DNA of 63,066 nucleotides, filler included, from Octopus bimaculoides (taxonomy: Eukaryota), in NCBI RefSeq assembly GCF_001194135.2. It is 6 parts of 6 records of this genome, joined end to end, with 100 filler letters (N's around TTAATTAATTAA, not from the genome) between each part and the next. Parts side by side here need not be neighbours in the genome. Positions count along the whole stretch, not along the records: positions 14,864 to 36,628 come from NC_068994.1; positions 36,729 to 44,913 come from NC_068982.1; 4 more parts are not named here. The stretch is one strand, 5' to 3'. The notes under the pieces were generated by a model. The model was not told where the DNA came from. It saw nothing but the letters and a program-made list of their open reading frames with translations, and made no database searches. This document shows positions 25,135-37,095 of the stretch, one piece after another. The translations under genes and the position numbers were made by a program. Numbering within the stretch: the first letter of the stretch is position 1; every line of letters begins with the position of its first letter.

Positions 25135-25415
25135 TCCTCTTCGGTCATGAATGATCATGGGATTGCACCTAGAAAGTTTCCCACCGCGGCTCAAGTCCAG
25201 GCAAGTTTGTTTCAGGAAGATCATCAGTCGCCCATTCACACCAGCCTCTCCTCTGCACACCACAGATGTTATCCAAAGGAAAAGCAAAGCTCGATAAAGC
25301 TTGGCACCAGTGACGTTATAACTCATCTCTACAGTTAAGTGAAATGGAACAACGTGAAATAAAGTGTCTTGCTCAGGACATAACACACAGCTCGATTCGA
25401 AAATCGAACTCACTC
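25135..25415 (-). mobile_element. SINE family C copy
   Basis: Reverse complement matches 51608-51946 (cttgagcaagacactttatttcacgttg...aggtgcaatcccatg.tcattcatgaccgaag). Confidence 0.85.
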
Positions 25416-25429
25416 GCATATAGATAAAT

Positions 25430-25715
25430 TACAGGATTGCGTAAGCTAGTACGGCTTTCGGGAAATTCAAGAAACGGGTCTGGTGAGGTATCACAAGAGA
25501 CAGAAAACTCACTGTGCATGAGGCCTGTGTTCTTACAGCCCTGTTATACGGGTGCTAAACGTGAACAACTTACAAGCATCATATCTATCAGTTGGAAAGG
25601 TTTCATCAGCATTGCATTCAGCGCATCCTGAACGAGGAAGTGCTTCTCTTACACACCTGCTATTGTTGTACCTGAGAAAGCCGGCTGCTTCAGTATTGAG
25701 AAGAGGATAATTTTG
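25430..25715 (+). mobile_element. RTE LINE internal fragment
   Basis: Degenerate ..YKHHIYQLERFHQHCIQRIL..EVL. Confidence 0.75.
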
Positions 25716-25842
25716 AACATACATATGCACATACATACATGCACACATACATAATGCATACATACATACATACATGCATGATTGCATGCATGCATGCATG
25801 CATACATACATACATACATGCATACATACATACATACATACA

Positions 25843-25874
<32 letters not shown>

Positions 25875-26765
25875 ATCTTAAATACATGCACAAAGAAGTT
25901 GCACGACTCTACCGCAAAGTATCATCAGATGAAAGGATGAGCCTATATGAGCAGAAGACTATGCATGGACATATTAGTTGAAAGCTCAGAGATGATAGTA
26001 ACATCGATCATCAAAGCAGTCTATCATGGACCAATAGCCAGATTACTACCTCCCACTTTGAAGGGTATGCATTTGCAATCCACGAACAGGAAATATCAAC
26101 CAAATACCTGATGCACAAAAGGGATAGAGGTGCAGGAAAAGCAGTAAAATTTGACAACTGATGCAGACTTTGTGGAGTTAACACCGAAGATATCACCCAC
26201 ATCATAAGCAGTTGTCCGAAAATGTCATCACGGTATTATCTACCAATGAGACATGATGTCGTAGCTAGGACACTCTATAGAGAAATCCATCGGAAGGATA
26301 ACCCCGAGGACAAAGAAATAAGAATCTACAGTATGGTAGAAGCCATAGCCACTCATAATAAAAAAGAGTCCCAGTGAAGAGCTTAATAAAATGTAAGCAC
26401 AACAGACCTGATATAATGATTTGGGATAGAGAAGAGAAACTGTGTACAGTTGTAGAAATTAGCTGTCCAGCGGATGTTAACATAAAGCTGGAGATCAGTG
26501 AAAAAGAGAATACCTATGCTGAACTATTGAGAAATCTGCAGTTACACTATCCAGATTACAAGTTCAGGTTTATACTTGTAAATATTGGGACACCGGGATA
26601 TGTAACATACTGTCTAAATACCAATCTTGAGAAATTAAGTTTCTCAAAACCAGAAATGAGAAAGCTGATTCGATGACAGCAGATCCAAGCCATCGCTGGG
26701 ACTGTAAAAATCTGTAAAACTTCCCAGAAGTTTATCATTCAAGTCTAGACATGCAACTATATGCA
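25875..26765 (+). mobile_element. 5'-truncated RLE-type LINE beginning in a (TACA)n tract
   Basis: EQKTMHG; CRLCGVNTEDITHIISSCPKMSSRYYLPMRHD (CCHC); NRPDIMIWDREEKLCTVVEISCPAD. Confidence 0.9.
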
Positions 26766-26769
26766 TGAG

Positions 26770-26860
26770 AATATAACAGAAGACACTTTCCAAAGGTAAG
26801 GCGTAGTGGGACCGAACTCAAAACTTCGTGGTTGCGAAGAGAGATTCTTAACCATGCAGC
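26770..26860 (-). mobile_element. SINE family B head fragment
   Basis: Reverse complement gctgcatggttaagaatctc..cgcaaccacgaagttttgagttcggtcccactacgccttacctttggaaagtgtctt. Confidence 0.7.
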
Positions 26861-26868
26861 AACAGACA

Positions 26869-26928
<60 letters not shown>

Positions 26929-27548
26929 NNNNNNNNNNNNNNNNNNNNNNNNNNNNNNNNNNNNNNNNNNNNNNNNNNNNNNNNNNNNNNNNNNNNNNNN
27001 NNNNNNNNNNNNNNNNNNNNNNNNNNNNNNNNNNNNNNNNNNNNNNNNNNNNNNNNNNNNNNNNNNNNNNNNNNNNNNNNNNNNNNNNNNNNNNNNNNNN
27101 NNNNNNNNNNNNNNNNNNNNNNNNNNNNNNNNNNNNNNNNNNNNNNNNNNNNNNNNNNNNNNNNNNNNNNNNNNNNNNNNNNNNNNNNNNNNNNNNNNNN
27201 NNNNNNNNNNNNNNNNNNNNNNNNNNNNNNNNNNNNNNNNNNNNNNNNNNNNNNNNNNNNNNNNNNNNNNNNNNNNNNNNNNNNNNNNNNNNNNNNNNNN
27301 NNNNNNNNNNNNNNNNNNNNNNNNNNNNNNNNNNNNNNNNNNNNNNNNNNNNNNNNNNNNNNNNNNNNNNNNNNNNNNNNNNNNNNNNNNNNNNNNNNNN
27401 NNNNNNNNNNNNNNNNNNNNNNNNNNNNNNCACAGACTCACATATCTAGACTTACAAACAAATGCAACACAACCACTAACCCAAAGAGAAAAAGAAGAAG
27501 AAAAAGAAGAAGAAGAAGAAGAAGAAGAAGAAGAAGAAGAAGAAGAAG

Positions 27549-27579
<31 letters not shown>

Positions 27580-27929
27580 GAATACTTATTTATTGATCTA
27601 TAAATGCGAGCTCGATTTACAGAGTCAGTTGCTTGTCTGCATGTATGTCTGCATGTATGTCTGTATGTATGTAAGTAGGTAGGTACGTATATGCATGTAT
27701 GATCCCTTTTCTTTGAGATGTATTTGGGGTCTTGATGGAGTTCAAACTGAAAGCTAAGAAACTGACAAGACCTTTTGAGTCATGACAGTTCTCGGGGTGT
27801 GTAGTGTGTGCATATATGCAGGTGTGCACATCGACACTTACGTTCTGTGTAGGTGTTTGTGCGCTCTGGAAGAAGACACTTTCAAATGTTACCGTGCAAC
27901 GTGTTAATAAAAGTAATTTCTTAGTCACG

Positions 27930-28100
27930 CAATGGTGGTGAGCAGGCAAAGTCGTTAGCACGCCGGGCAAAATGCTTAGCAGCATTTCGTCCGTCTTTAT
28001 GTTCTGAGTTCAAATTCTGCCGGGGTCAACTTTGCCTTTCATCCTCTCTGGGTCGATAAATTAAGTACCAGTGAAACACTGGGGTCGATTAAATCGACTA
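27930..28100 (+). mobile_element. SINE family A copy
   Basis: gtcgttagcacgccgggcaaaatgcttagc...gagttcaaattctgcc...gtcgataaattaagtaccag. Confidence 0.88.
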
Positions 28101-28109
28101 GTCAGTAGA

Positions 28110-30730
28110 CTAAGGTGACACTTAGTTACTGACCATGCTTCAAGAACCTTGCAGTTCCAAGCCGTGATGATTTTTATAGGTGTTCTATCTTTACATTTGT
28201 ACCCATCTTTTTGAGTCACGTTGGTAGTTAAGTGCTGATACTTCCCAGCGCGCCAATTACTACTGATATCACGTCCACTTTCTTCATTGCCCACCGTCAT
28301 GATTGTTCAGTTTTTTTCTTCTTTCTCTTTGATCCTATTGTCACCGGGATATGCAATGCAATTTTGTCATGCAATTTTTCCCTTTTTTGTTCACCACATC
28401 AATGTCGGGTTTGAGATGCCTGATCTGATGGTCATACCGAATCGTTGCATTCCACAGAATTTTGCAGTTTTCATTCTCGGTAAACCCTTTTGGGATTTGG
28501 TCATACCACGGCTATGCTCTTTGTAAGCCTAATCTCCACAGAGCTCCCAATGGATCATTTTTGCCAAATTGTCTGTCGTCGAATGTACCAATTTCGGGCA
28601 TCCGCTAACAATGTGCCAAACCGTTTTACCCCTCTCGTCATGCATTCTGCGTTTGTCGCTCACAGTTGTGCTGTCAATTCTGCACTTCACTTAGTTCTTC
28701 CTTGACGCTTGTTCTTGTGCCACGCATATAAGTGCTTCTGTCTCTATCTTCAGGTCACTCCTCCGCATCCATAACCATCAGTCTTCTGTATTTGTCTTGG
28801 CGTTCATATCTCTTGCAAACTGACCGTACATTTCTTTCCTTCCATGCTATTTATATTTTGAGTTCATTTCCTCTTTAAATTTTTCTTTACACAATTATAA
28901 ATTTTGATGATTCCGGGCTTCTGGACATGTTTCAGCAATGGATCTACAGCACTTTTTACATACCAACCTAAGCCGTTTTCCTCTGCTTCTACACAATCCG
29001 GCAACTGATCAAACCTCTCTCACCCTTTCCTCTGGACAAGTACAACCTATCAGGGATGGAATGATCCGTGCACTGTCAATATTTTCCTTGTCTTCGTATC
29101 CATGATCACCAGTCCTTTCGTTTGCCAGTTTATGATTCCAGCTCCATACCGAAGTGATATTATCGCCCATGTATTTACTGCTTGGATTTTATTCCATCCA
29201 GTCAATTTTGAGCGTAGCACCAATCTTAGCCTTCGGAAATATTCTTTCCTCAGCTGTTCTTTCATTTCTTACTCCATGATTTCGTCGAACTCTAGTATGA
29301 CAAGGTATGTAAAGCCTACCTTTTCAGTTTGCTTAATCACTTCTCTATAAGGTAATTCTATTCCTGCAAGAGACTGTATCTTGTTTCTTTTCAGGTTCAT
29401 TATACCATACTTCTTGAGTTCGAATTCCATTCTAATATCAGCAGTAAAACAGTGGACCACGTTCACCAAAGAACTTATTCGTGCTTCGTCTTTGCCATAC
29501 AGCTTCAAATCCTCCAAGAAGGGGAAGTGGTTGATTCTTTAAGATTCTCCATTTAATTGATATCTTAGTTTCATTTTCTTCATCACAAAGCTCAGAGGGA
29601 TCATATAAAGAACAAAAGCAATGGCGATAAGCTAACTCTTTGGAAAATCCCTCTCTTGATGCCCAGAGTGCCTAAGCCTTGTCCGCACGATGTGAACTCA
29701 GTTTTCCATCCCACCATACTTCTCTTTAGAAAACATGTTACAGTCCTTGCAATTCCAAACAAATATAAGTACTTGATGATCCACACTTGCGGAATTATAT
29801 CGTAAGCTTTGCGATAGTCAATCCAGGCCAATCCCAAATTTGTCCTCCTTCGCTTACAATTTTGCATTACCATTTTGTTTATCCTGACAGTAGCTTCCGC
29901 ATTAATGGAATGCAAGAAATTGGCCTGTAATTGTCGGTAGCATTTCCTTTCGATACATCCTTCAAGCACAATACTGTTCGTCCTTTCGTCAACCACCTCG
30001 GGATTTCTTCTTCTCTATTGGTCAATGCATTAAATTTCTCTGCAATCAATTTACGGCACCTACTGAACTTTATTTTTTATCCAAAAACCCTGTACACCAT
30101 CAGATCCTACTGCTTTTCAATTGCTAATCGTTTTGCTCATATTTCTGATACAGTCTTCGGTAAAAAGGATAATTTTTTTCTGGAAATAAGAAGCTGTTTG
30201 CTTCAGGCTACACAGCCCATTCATCTCCAGAATTGTGTCGTTCTTGCTTGCTCCATATCTTATCCCAAAACTGTCGACTTTCATTAGCACCAGGAATTAA
30301 TCTTTTGCATTCTATATCATCATTAACTTCTTCATAATATCTTTTTTTGGTTGATTCTAAACAATCGGTTTTGCTGGTGTTGCTTAATCCGTTGTTCAAC
30401 CAATTTAGCTTTGCTTTCTTGGCAAGTTTCTGCTGCTTCAATACAACATTCAGTCACTTTATATAAACATCATATTACTTCTTCAACTTTTCAAATTTGC
30501 GATAATTCTTCAGTTTTCCACTTCTTTTCCTGTCAAGTATTGATAATACACTGTTCAGGGAGCATATATTTTCTGATATTATTTTTGCACCAAGGTTGTT
30601 TATTTCCTTTTCTTTCTGTCAATGTTCTGTTCTCATTGCACTTCAATACCATTCTTTCTGCTACAATCCTACTTGCAGCCTTGATAACTTTATTTGTTTG
30701 TGTGATGTACTTTGTTTACTATTTTCCTTA
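28110..30730 (-). mobile_element. Degenerate R4/Dong-type LINE with RT and RLE
   Basis: LGLAWIDYRKAYDIIPQVWI; RGIFQRVSLSPLLLF; MEDLKLYG; KEYFRRLRLVLRSKL..NKIQAVNTWA; many stops and frameshifts. Confidence 0.9.
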
Positions 30731-30734
30731 TAAT

Positions 30735-31730
30735 ATATTTTTGTTTATTATTATTTACGACGTCGCATAGTATCCAATATCGTGATGTTGATTGAAGATA
30801 TTGTGTCTACCGGGGGTTTGTACTGTCTGTCAAGTCACAACAAAAACATCAAGCAAACAGTACTTTACGCAATATGCGTGCAGTTCCAAGTAATGCTGAT
30901 TTTTGCAATACACTTAGATTGTAGTGTATTTCTAAAGTTTCCAGATGTTTCTTCGGGTTGGGTGGTTTTGAACCCAATGCTCCGATAACAATAGGGACAA
31001 CCTTTATGTTTCACTCTCGTAGCTGCAACATTTTGGCGATTTCAATTCTCAGGTCTCCATATTTATCAATCTTTTCTCTTTCTTTCATGAAAATATGTCG
31101 ATCTCCTGGCACTGCCACGTCGATTATTTGGCACTCTTGTTTGTCTCTCCTGACGGTTACTGTATCTGGCCTTCGGTGCTCTAACACTTTGTCTGTCTGG
31201 AAGTCAAAGTCCCAGAGGATTTTTGCCTTCCGCTTTTCGTCCATTACCTTTTCTGGTACCTCATATCCATACTTCCAGCATAGTAGCCAGCGAAGGTTTT
31301 GGGCTACCTTGTCGTGTCTACGCTTGTATTCATTCTGCACAAGACTTTCATAGGCACTAACAATGTGAGCCACGCTTTCTCTGCAGAAGTTCGTTGCACT
31401 TGTGTGGTATATATCCTTTTTCACTGAGTTGGTATTCAATGCCTGATCTTAGGCAGCAATGATTAGGCTTTCAGTCTTCTTTTTTTTAGGTTACTCTTGC
31501 TGAGCCACTTCCATGATGTTTCCCGCTCTTTTAGTTTGTTAGTTCCACGGTGGAACTGACCGTGTAATTCTATGCGGAGTAGAGTTTCTTTTCTCTCGCT
31601 GGCTATTCGTGATCGGAATTCATTAGCACTCTCAACTCCATCGTTGGTAAATCCTTCTGCAGTAGCAATATATTGTAGCAGGTCTTGTTTGCTATTTACC
31701 AAATATTCTGCCATGTTTCTTCTTTCATTG
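30735..31730 (-). mobile_element. 5'-truncated R4/Dong-type LINE (CCHC and RLE)
   Basis: LHGQFHR; CRESVAHIVS..EYKRRHDKVAQNLRWLLC; DFQTDKVLEHRRPDTV..CQIIDVAVPGD. (GAT)n at the 5' side, (AAT)n at the 3' side. Confidence 0.9.
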
Positions 31731-31784
31731 CTATTATCATCATCATCATCATCATCATCATTACTATTTAGTAGTCTTATTTTT

Positions 31785-32055
31785 ATCACATACTTTTACT
31801 ACACTACGGAGCACAGCTCTGTGTGCCTTGGGTGTGTATTGTGGTTTGTTGTGGTGTTCTTATTTTCACTGTATTGAAAGTGTTTTACGTAGGATGTGTG
31901 CAGTGCCCAGTAGTGCTGTTTTCTGTATGTTACATATACTTGTGAGTCCTGGTGTTTTTGTTATGTATTTGTTTGAATGCTTTTTTTATCATACCTAATG
32001 CGTCTACTATAGCAGGAATTATTTCTGGTTTTAAGCTCCACATTCGAGTTACCTC
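31785..32055 (-). mobile_element. Short 3' fragment of an RLE LINE family also at 1-30, 39677-40325 and 40620-41135
   Basis: Shared UTR cacactttcaatacagt...cacccaaggc.cacagagctg.gctc.gtagtg; split by a SINE A copy. Confidence 0.75.
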
Positions 32056-32235
32056 GTTAGCACGCCGGGCGAAATGCTTAGCGGTGATTCGTCTGTCTTT
32101 ACGTTCTGAGTTCAAATTCCACCGAGGTCGACTTTGCCTTTCATCCTTTCGGAGTCGATAAAATAAGTACCAGTTGGCCCACTCCCCCCAAATTTCGGGC
32201 TTTGTGCCTAGAGTAGAAAAGATTATTATTATTAT
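32055..32235 (+). mobile_element. SINE family A copy, (ATT)n tail type
   Basis: gttagcacgccgggcgaaatgcttagcgg...gagttcaaattccaccgaggtcgactttgcctttcatcctttcgg; tail gtgcctagagtagaaaagattattatt. Confidence 0.9.
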
Positions 32236-32239
32236 TTGT

Positions 32240-34345
32240 TTGACTTTTGCTTAGTATTTGTACAAGTTGGTTCCAAATTTCACCCAGAGATTTCAAGAGA
32301 CAACGAGTTAGAAGTTCTGGTGTTATGCCTAGGGTGTCATATATTTGGTTTTGCACATAGTATTGTTCTAGAGAATGTTTAAGAAAACATTAGAAAATTA
32401 TAAATTTGTTTAAAAATTTGAGATTACATATACAGTATTTTATGTAGGGTATGGGCAGTTCCCATGAGCACTATCTTTTGAATTTCTGCCATTTTGGGGT
32501 TTCCTGGTATCTGAGCTAGGTAGCAATCATCCTCTTTTGCTATCATTCCTAGAGCACCTATGACTACAGGTATTGTTTTAGACTTGAGGTCCCACATTTT
32601 GCCAATTTCTATTTCATGATCTTTATACTTGCTCAGTTTTTGGTAGGTCTTGATAGATATATTTATATCGATTGGGACAGCCATATCAATGAGGAGGCAT
32701 GATTTTTGTCTGAAGTCTTTCAGTATAATGTCTGGCCTACTCGCATCTATCTTTCTGTAAGTTTGAATGGTGAAGTTCCAGAGGAGTGAGATGTGATCAT
32801 TTTCAAGCACTGGAGGTGGTTTGTGTTCCCACCAGTTTTTATCATGGGGCAAGTACAGGTTTTTGCAAATTACCCAGTGAAAATATTGTGCTGCTCTATC
32901 ATGCCTGTTGAGATACTCTGCAGGCGCAAGAAGACTGCACATGGAGACAACATGATTAATGGTTTCATTTTGTTGTTGACATATACAACATGTTGGGTAG
33001 CTGTTGTTCTTTAATATGTTGACATGGTAGTTTCTTGTAGGTAGGCGTTGTAGGTACCCATTGATGGGTAAGGGCTTTGTCAACATCGGCACTATTAGCT
33101 TTCTTTGGGTATTTGCCTTTGAGACGTTTTTTTTTGCCATTTATCATTAAGAATATCTAAGGCAGCAGTTTTAGCACGCTTAGCTTTTTCTGTGCTTGTT
33201 TCGAGTACGTCTAATTCTGGAATTTGTTCCTTTGCCTATTTTGTTACTGAGTATGATCCTTTCTTGTTTTCATACTTTGAGACAAATTTTAACATCCAGT
33301 CATCAGAGTTTTTCAGGTAGGTGTCTTGGCCAATTGTTGCAATCTTCATTGTTAATTCCAGTTGTAAAAGTCCACGACCTCCCTCTTTTCTTGGCAAATA
33401 AAGTCGTTCTATATCTGCCTTAGGGTGGTGCATTCTATGCACTGTCAACAATTTTCGTATTTTTCTGTCAAGATTATATATTTCAGTAATTAACCCGTTA
33501 ATGATAATGAAACTGTAAGTCACGACTGGTCTGGCTAAAGTATTGATCGCTTCGATCCTGTTTCTTGCATTCAGCTCTGTCTTGAGTATTGTCCTTACCT
33601 TGCGATAACATTCTCTTCTGATACTTTCCCTCATCACTGAATGTTTGATTCCGTCCCCTTCAAATACCCCTAGGTATTTGTAGTTCTCCGCTGGTTCTAA
33701 TTTCTTTATGACATTCTGCTGGTCAAGATTAACATTGGATGTTTCTGTCATTTTTCCTTTGATAAAGGTAGCTTTTGCACATTTATCGAGGCCAAATTGC
33801 ATCCTGATGTCATCACTGAATTGTTTAACAATCGCTAGTAAGCCCTGTAGTTGTTGGTCATTTTTTTCAAAGAGCTTTAAATCATCCATATAAATGAGAT
33901 GATTCATATTTTTATCAAACATTTTATAACCGTATTGTACATCATTGAGTAATTTCGAGGGAGGTATTAAGGGTAGACAAAAGAAGAGTGGTGATAGAGA
34001 GTCACCCTGGAAAATGTCACATGAAATTCTTATATTTCCAGCATTAAGCGATTCATTGTCACTGTTCAAAGTCAGTGTGGTTCTCCGTGATCTCATACTT
34101 ACAGACATGAAATTTCACTGAGTAGGTGCTATTTTATACATTTCCAGACATTTCTTAATCCAGCTATGTGGTAGACTATCAAAAGCTTTTTTATAGCCTA
34201 TCCAGGCTATCGACAAGTTTTTGTATCGTTTGTGACAATCTTCCAAGATCATCTTATTGATGAGTAGCTGATATTTACAACCATAGGACCCACGTTTACA
34301 TCCTTTTTGCTCATTAGGGAAAATGCCACTTTCTATTGAAAAACT
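32240..34345 (-). mobile_element. R4/Dong-type LINE, RT through RLE and 3' UTR
   Basis: [18 protein letters not shown]; IFQGDSLSPLFFC; LIYMDDLKLF; FGLDKCA; LYLPRKEGGRGL; CCICQQQNETINHVVSMC; RHDRAAQYFHW; RPDIILKD..LIDMAVP; (AAT)n tail. Confidence 0.95.
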
Positions 34346-34858
34346 ATAGATTTATCTCTGCTACTATTTTCCACGATCCGTCTTTTGATAGCTTCGAGCT
34401 CTACTTCTGTGAACCAAAACTTTTTCCTTATTACTCTAGCTTGATCACATAGTCTCTGTTCCGTGAGTTGAAACAATTCCTTTTCTCTCCAATGATCATA
34501 CATACATTGTCGGTAACCCCTAATTTGAGCACCATTTTCATCTACCGGGCTGCTCAGGTAGTAACACTCCTTGACCACGGCATTAATTTGCTTGCTCATT
34601 CAACGCCGTGTGTGGTGGTCCCTTTCTGGATATCGACAGGTAAGAGCCGGACCAGAATCTCTGAGCCTACCGGGTGTAACACTGTCACCATCATTGGCTT
34701 CAGTTTCTTTACCACCGTTATTCACAATATTTTGTTTTTTCATTGTCACTCATATGAGGTAGCGATCATCAGGTTGCGCAATTACCAGTGTTTTTATTGT
34801 GACACAATCACTAGATGTATCATTAATCAGCCTATGAGGCTCCACCCGTTTCCTTTCA
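34346..34858 (-). mobile_element. 5' UTR and N-terminal domain of an R4/Dong-type LINE joined directly to the RT fragment
   Basis: INAVVKECYYLSSP...GYRQCMYDHW...EQRLCDQARVIRKKFWFTEVELEAIK; begins right after (ATA)n at 34860. Confidence 0.8.
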
Positions 34859-35149
34859 TTATTATTATTATTATTATCATCACTGATATCACTGATATTA
34901 TTGCTTTTATTTGTAGTAGTAGCAGTGGTTGCAGCAACAGCAACAGTAGTAGGGGTGGGGGTAGTGGTAAGGGTGGTAGTTGGGCCCCAGATTCCTGTGC
35001 TAACATAATAGTAGAAGTTGTAGTATTATTGTAGTATCAGTAGCATTTAGTATTAGCATCTGCAGCATATCATTATTATTTTTATCATTATCACCATCAC
35101 CACCACTACTATTGTTATTATCATTGTTACTATTTCCATTTATTATTAA

Positions 35150-36348
35150 AGGATTTTACTAAGTGTTCTTTATTTTCAACTTATGTCTTGTACTTGAGAT
35201 CATACATATGTGGTTGTTGGAGGAAATAGTTAGGTAGCAAGTTGGTGAATAGATCATATTCTACAGGTCTATAAATAGATTCGGCAGATGGTGGGGAAGT
35301 CAACCATAGAGACAAAAGAATCTTCGTACCCAGAGATCCACTGAGAGCGCTGCCTTGAAAAGAAGCAATTCAACTTGTTCTATTTGATGCCATAAATGTG
35401 GATCTGTAAAACACTAAAAGGTTTCCTGCCCTGAAACAAAGAAAAACTAAGTCTCACCGCAGCCAACATTACAAGTACCACAAGTGCTAAATCATAAACA
35501 AGTGCACTAGACTCCTACACCTTCTCCCACACCCACGCTCACACCCACTCCCAAACCAAGACAAATAAGGAGTCTACTCCCGGTTGCTACGGAAAAGCAA
35601 GTTTCTCTTGAATGCTCTTCCTCCAAAACCAACATCAACTGCAATGACATGGAGAAGTAAGAGCTGAATGATCAATGGATCACTGTGACAAAAGCGGGTA
35701 GGCGAAAAAAGAGGAGAGTACATAGCCCGACTCCAAGAAATCAAGAAAGACTTATTCTGAAACCACAACTGCAACACAATTCACAACCAATCCAATAAAA
35801 ATTGCAAGAACATGATCAACAACTTCAAAAACAGCAACATCATCAACAACAGCTTGAAATTAAAGAAACTAAGAAACAACCGATTACAGAACGTCAAAAA
35901 TATTCATCAGACTGTAGGCGAAATGTATCCATCAAATTCACTGTTGTGATATCAAGTGTAACAGTGAATTGATGGATTTTGTAAATCAAAATAAAAACAG
36001 TACAGAGACGGGGGGAAAGGAATTTGAGGATTTCATCCTCAAAACACCCAAGGACAGACTTTTAATTAAAACGTCGTCAGACGTTTATAAAACTACGATA
36101 GAAAAGTTCCCAGGATGTGTGAGGATTAAAAAAATAATCTATTGCTAAAAGGCTGTTGGAAAGGCCTTTAAAAAAATTTTCGCTAGTAGAGAAGCCTGGA
36201 ACTTCCGGGCTTCTTGAAAGCCAAGATGAGTAACCTTCTCATTTTATTTCTCCGACTAGCATGGCCGTGATGAGAATAGGGTGTGTGAATGTGCGTGGCC
36301 TGGGATCAGCCTGGAAGCAAGGTCACTTGCTCAATGATTTCAGGTCAC
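35150..36348 (+). mobile_element. L1/Tx1-type LINE: ORF1 remnant plus start of ORF2 (APE)
   Basis: CCHC knuckle CHKCGSVKH*KVSCP (35388-35432), QWITVTKAGRRKK and Q-rich tail; ORF2 start MAVMRIGCVNVRGLGSAWKQGHLLNDFRSL at 36261. Confidence 0.8.
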
Positions 36349-36728
36349 TGTGCAATTTTTATATACAAGTTGTCTACTTCACTGTGTGTGTGTGCATACT
36401 TACGTATATACATATAAATACACATACACACACGCACGCACACACACACACACACACATACACACACACACACACACTAACACACACACATATATATACA
36501 TACATGCATATATATATATACATACATACATACACGCATGCATACATACATGTATACATACATACATACACACATACATACATACATACATGCATACATA
36601 CATACATGCATGCATATATATATATATANNNNNNNNNNNNNNNNNNNNNNNNNNNNNNNNNNNNNNNNNNNNTTAATTAATTAANNNNNNNNNNNNNNNN
36701 NNNNNNNNNNNNNNNNNNNNNNNNNNNN

Positions 36729-37095
36729 CTTCTTCTTAGGTTGGTTAACTTTTTCCTTTTCCACCTGAAAAGGAAAATAAGGCTGGAGAAGAGATGCTTG
36801 TCACAAAGTGCATTCGAGAAAAGATGGAAGATTGTTGCGAGCATGTTGAGAATGAACGAACCTACATGAGCGAGAACAAAAAGGAAGAAACTCAAGTCTC
36901 AGTGTTGGTACGTGGTTTGTTGGGTTGGCCGCGTCCCTCACTCCATTCTGTTTTAATCAGCTCGATTTTCATATTTTTCATTTATTTTTAACTATATATC
37001 TAACTTCATGTTGTTAATCATTCGTTCCCCAGCCCCTTGTCTGTCTTTGTAACAACCCCTCTTTGTGTAGACCAACATGGTTAAATAAAAATTTG
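36729..37095 (+). mobile_element. L1/Tx1-type LINE 3' end (ORF2 C-terminus and 3' UTR)
   Basis: FF.FHLKRKIRLEKRCLSQSAFEKRWKIVASMLRMN-like C-terminus; UTR ending ..cccctctttgtgtagacc..aaataaaaat. Confidence 0.7.

Noticed and set aside
34745-34790. CTGATGA in the R4-type 5' UTR and at 55190-55215 as hammerheads
   Set aside because: GAAA spacing or the UH triplet and stem I do not fit; at most degenerate.
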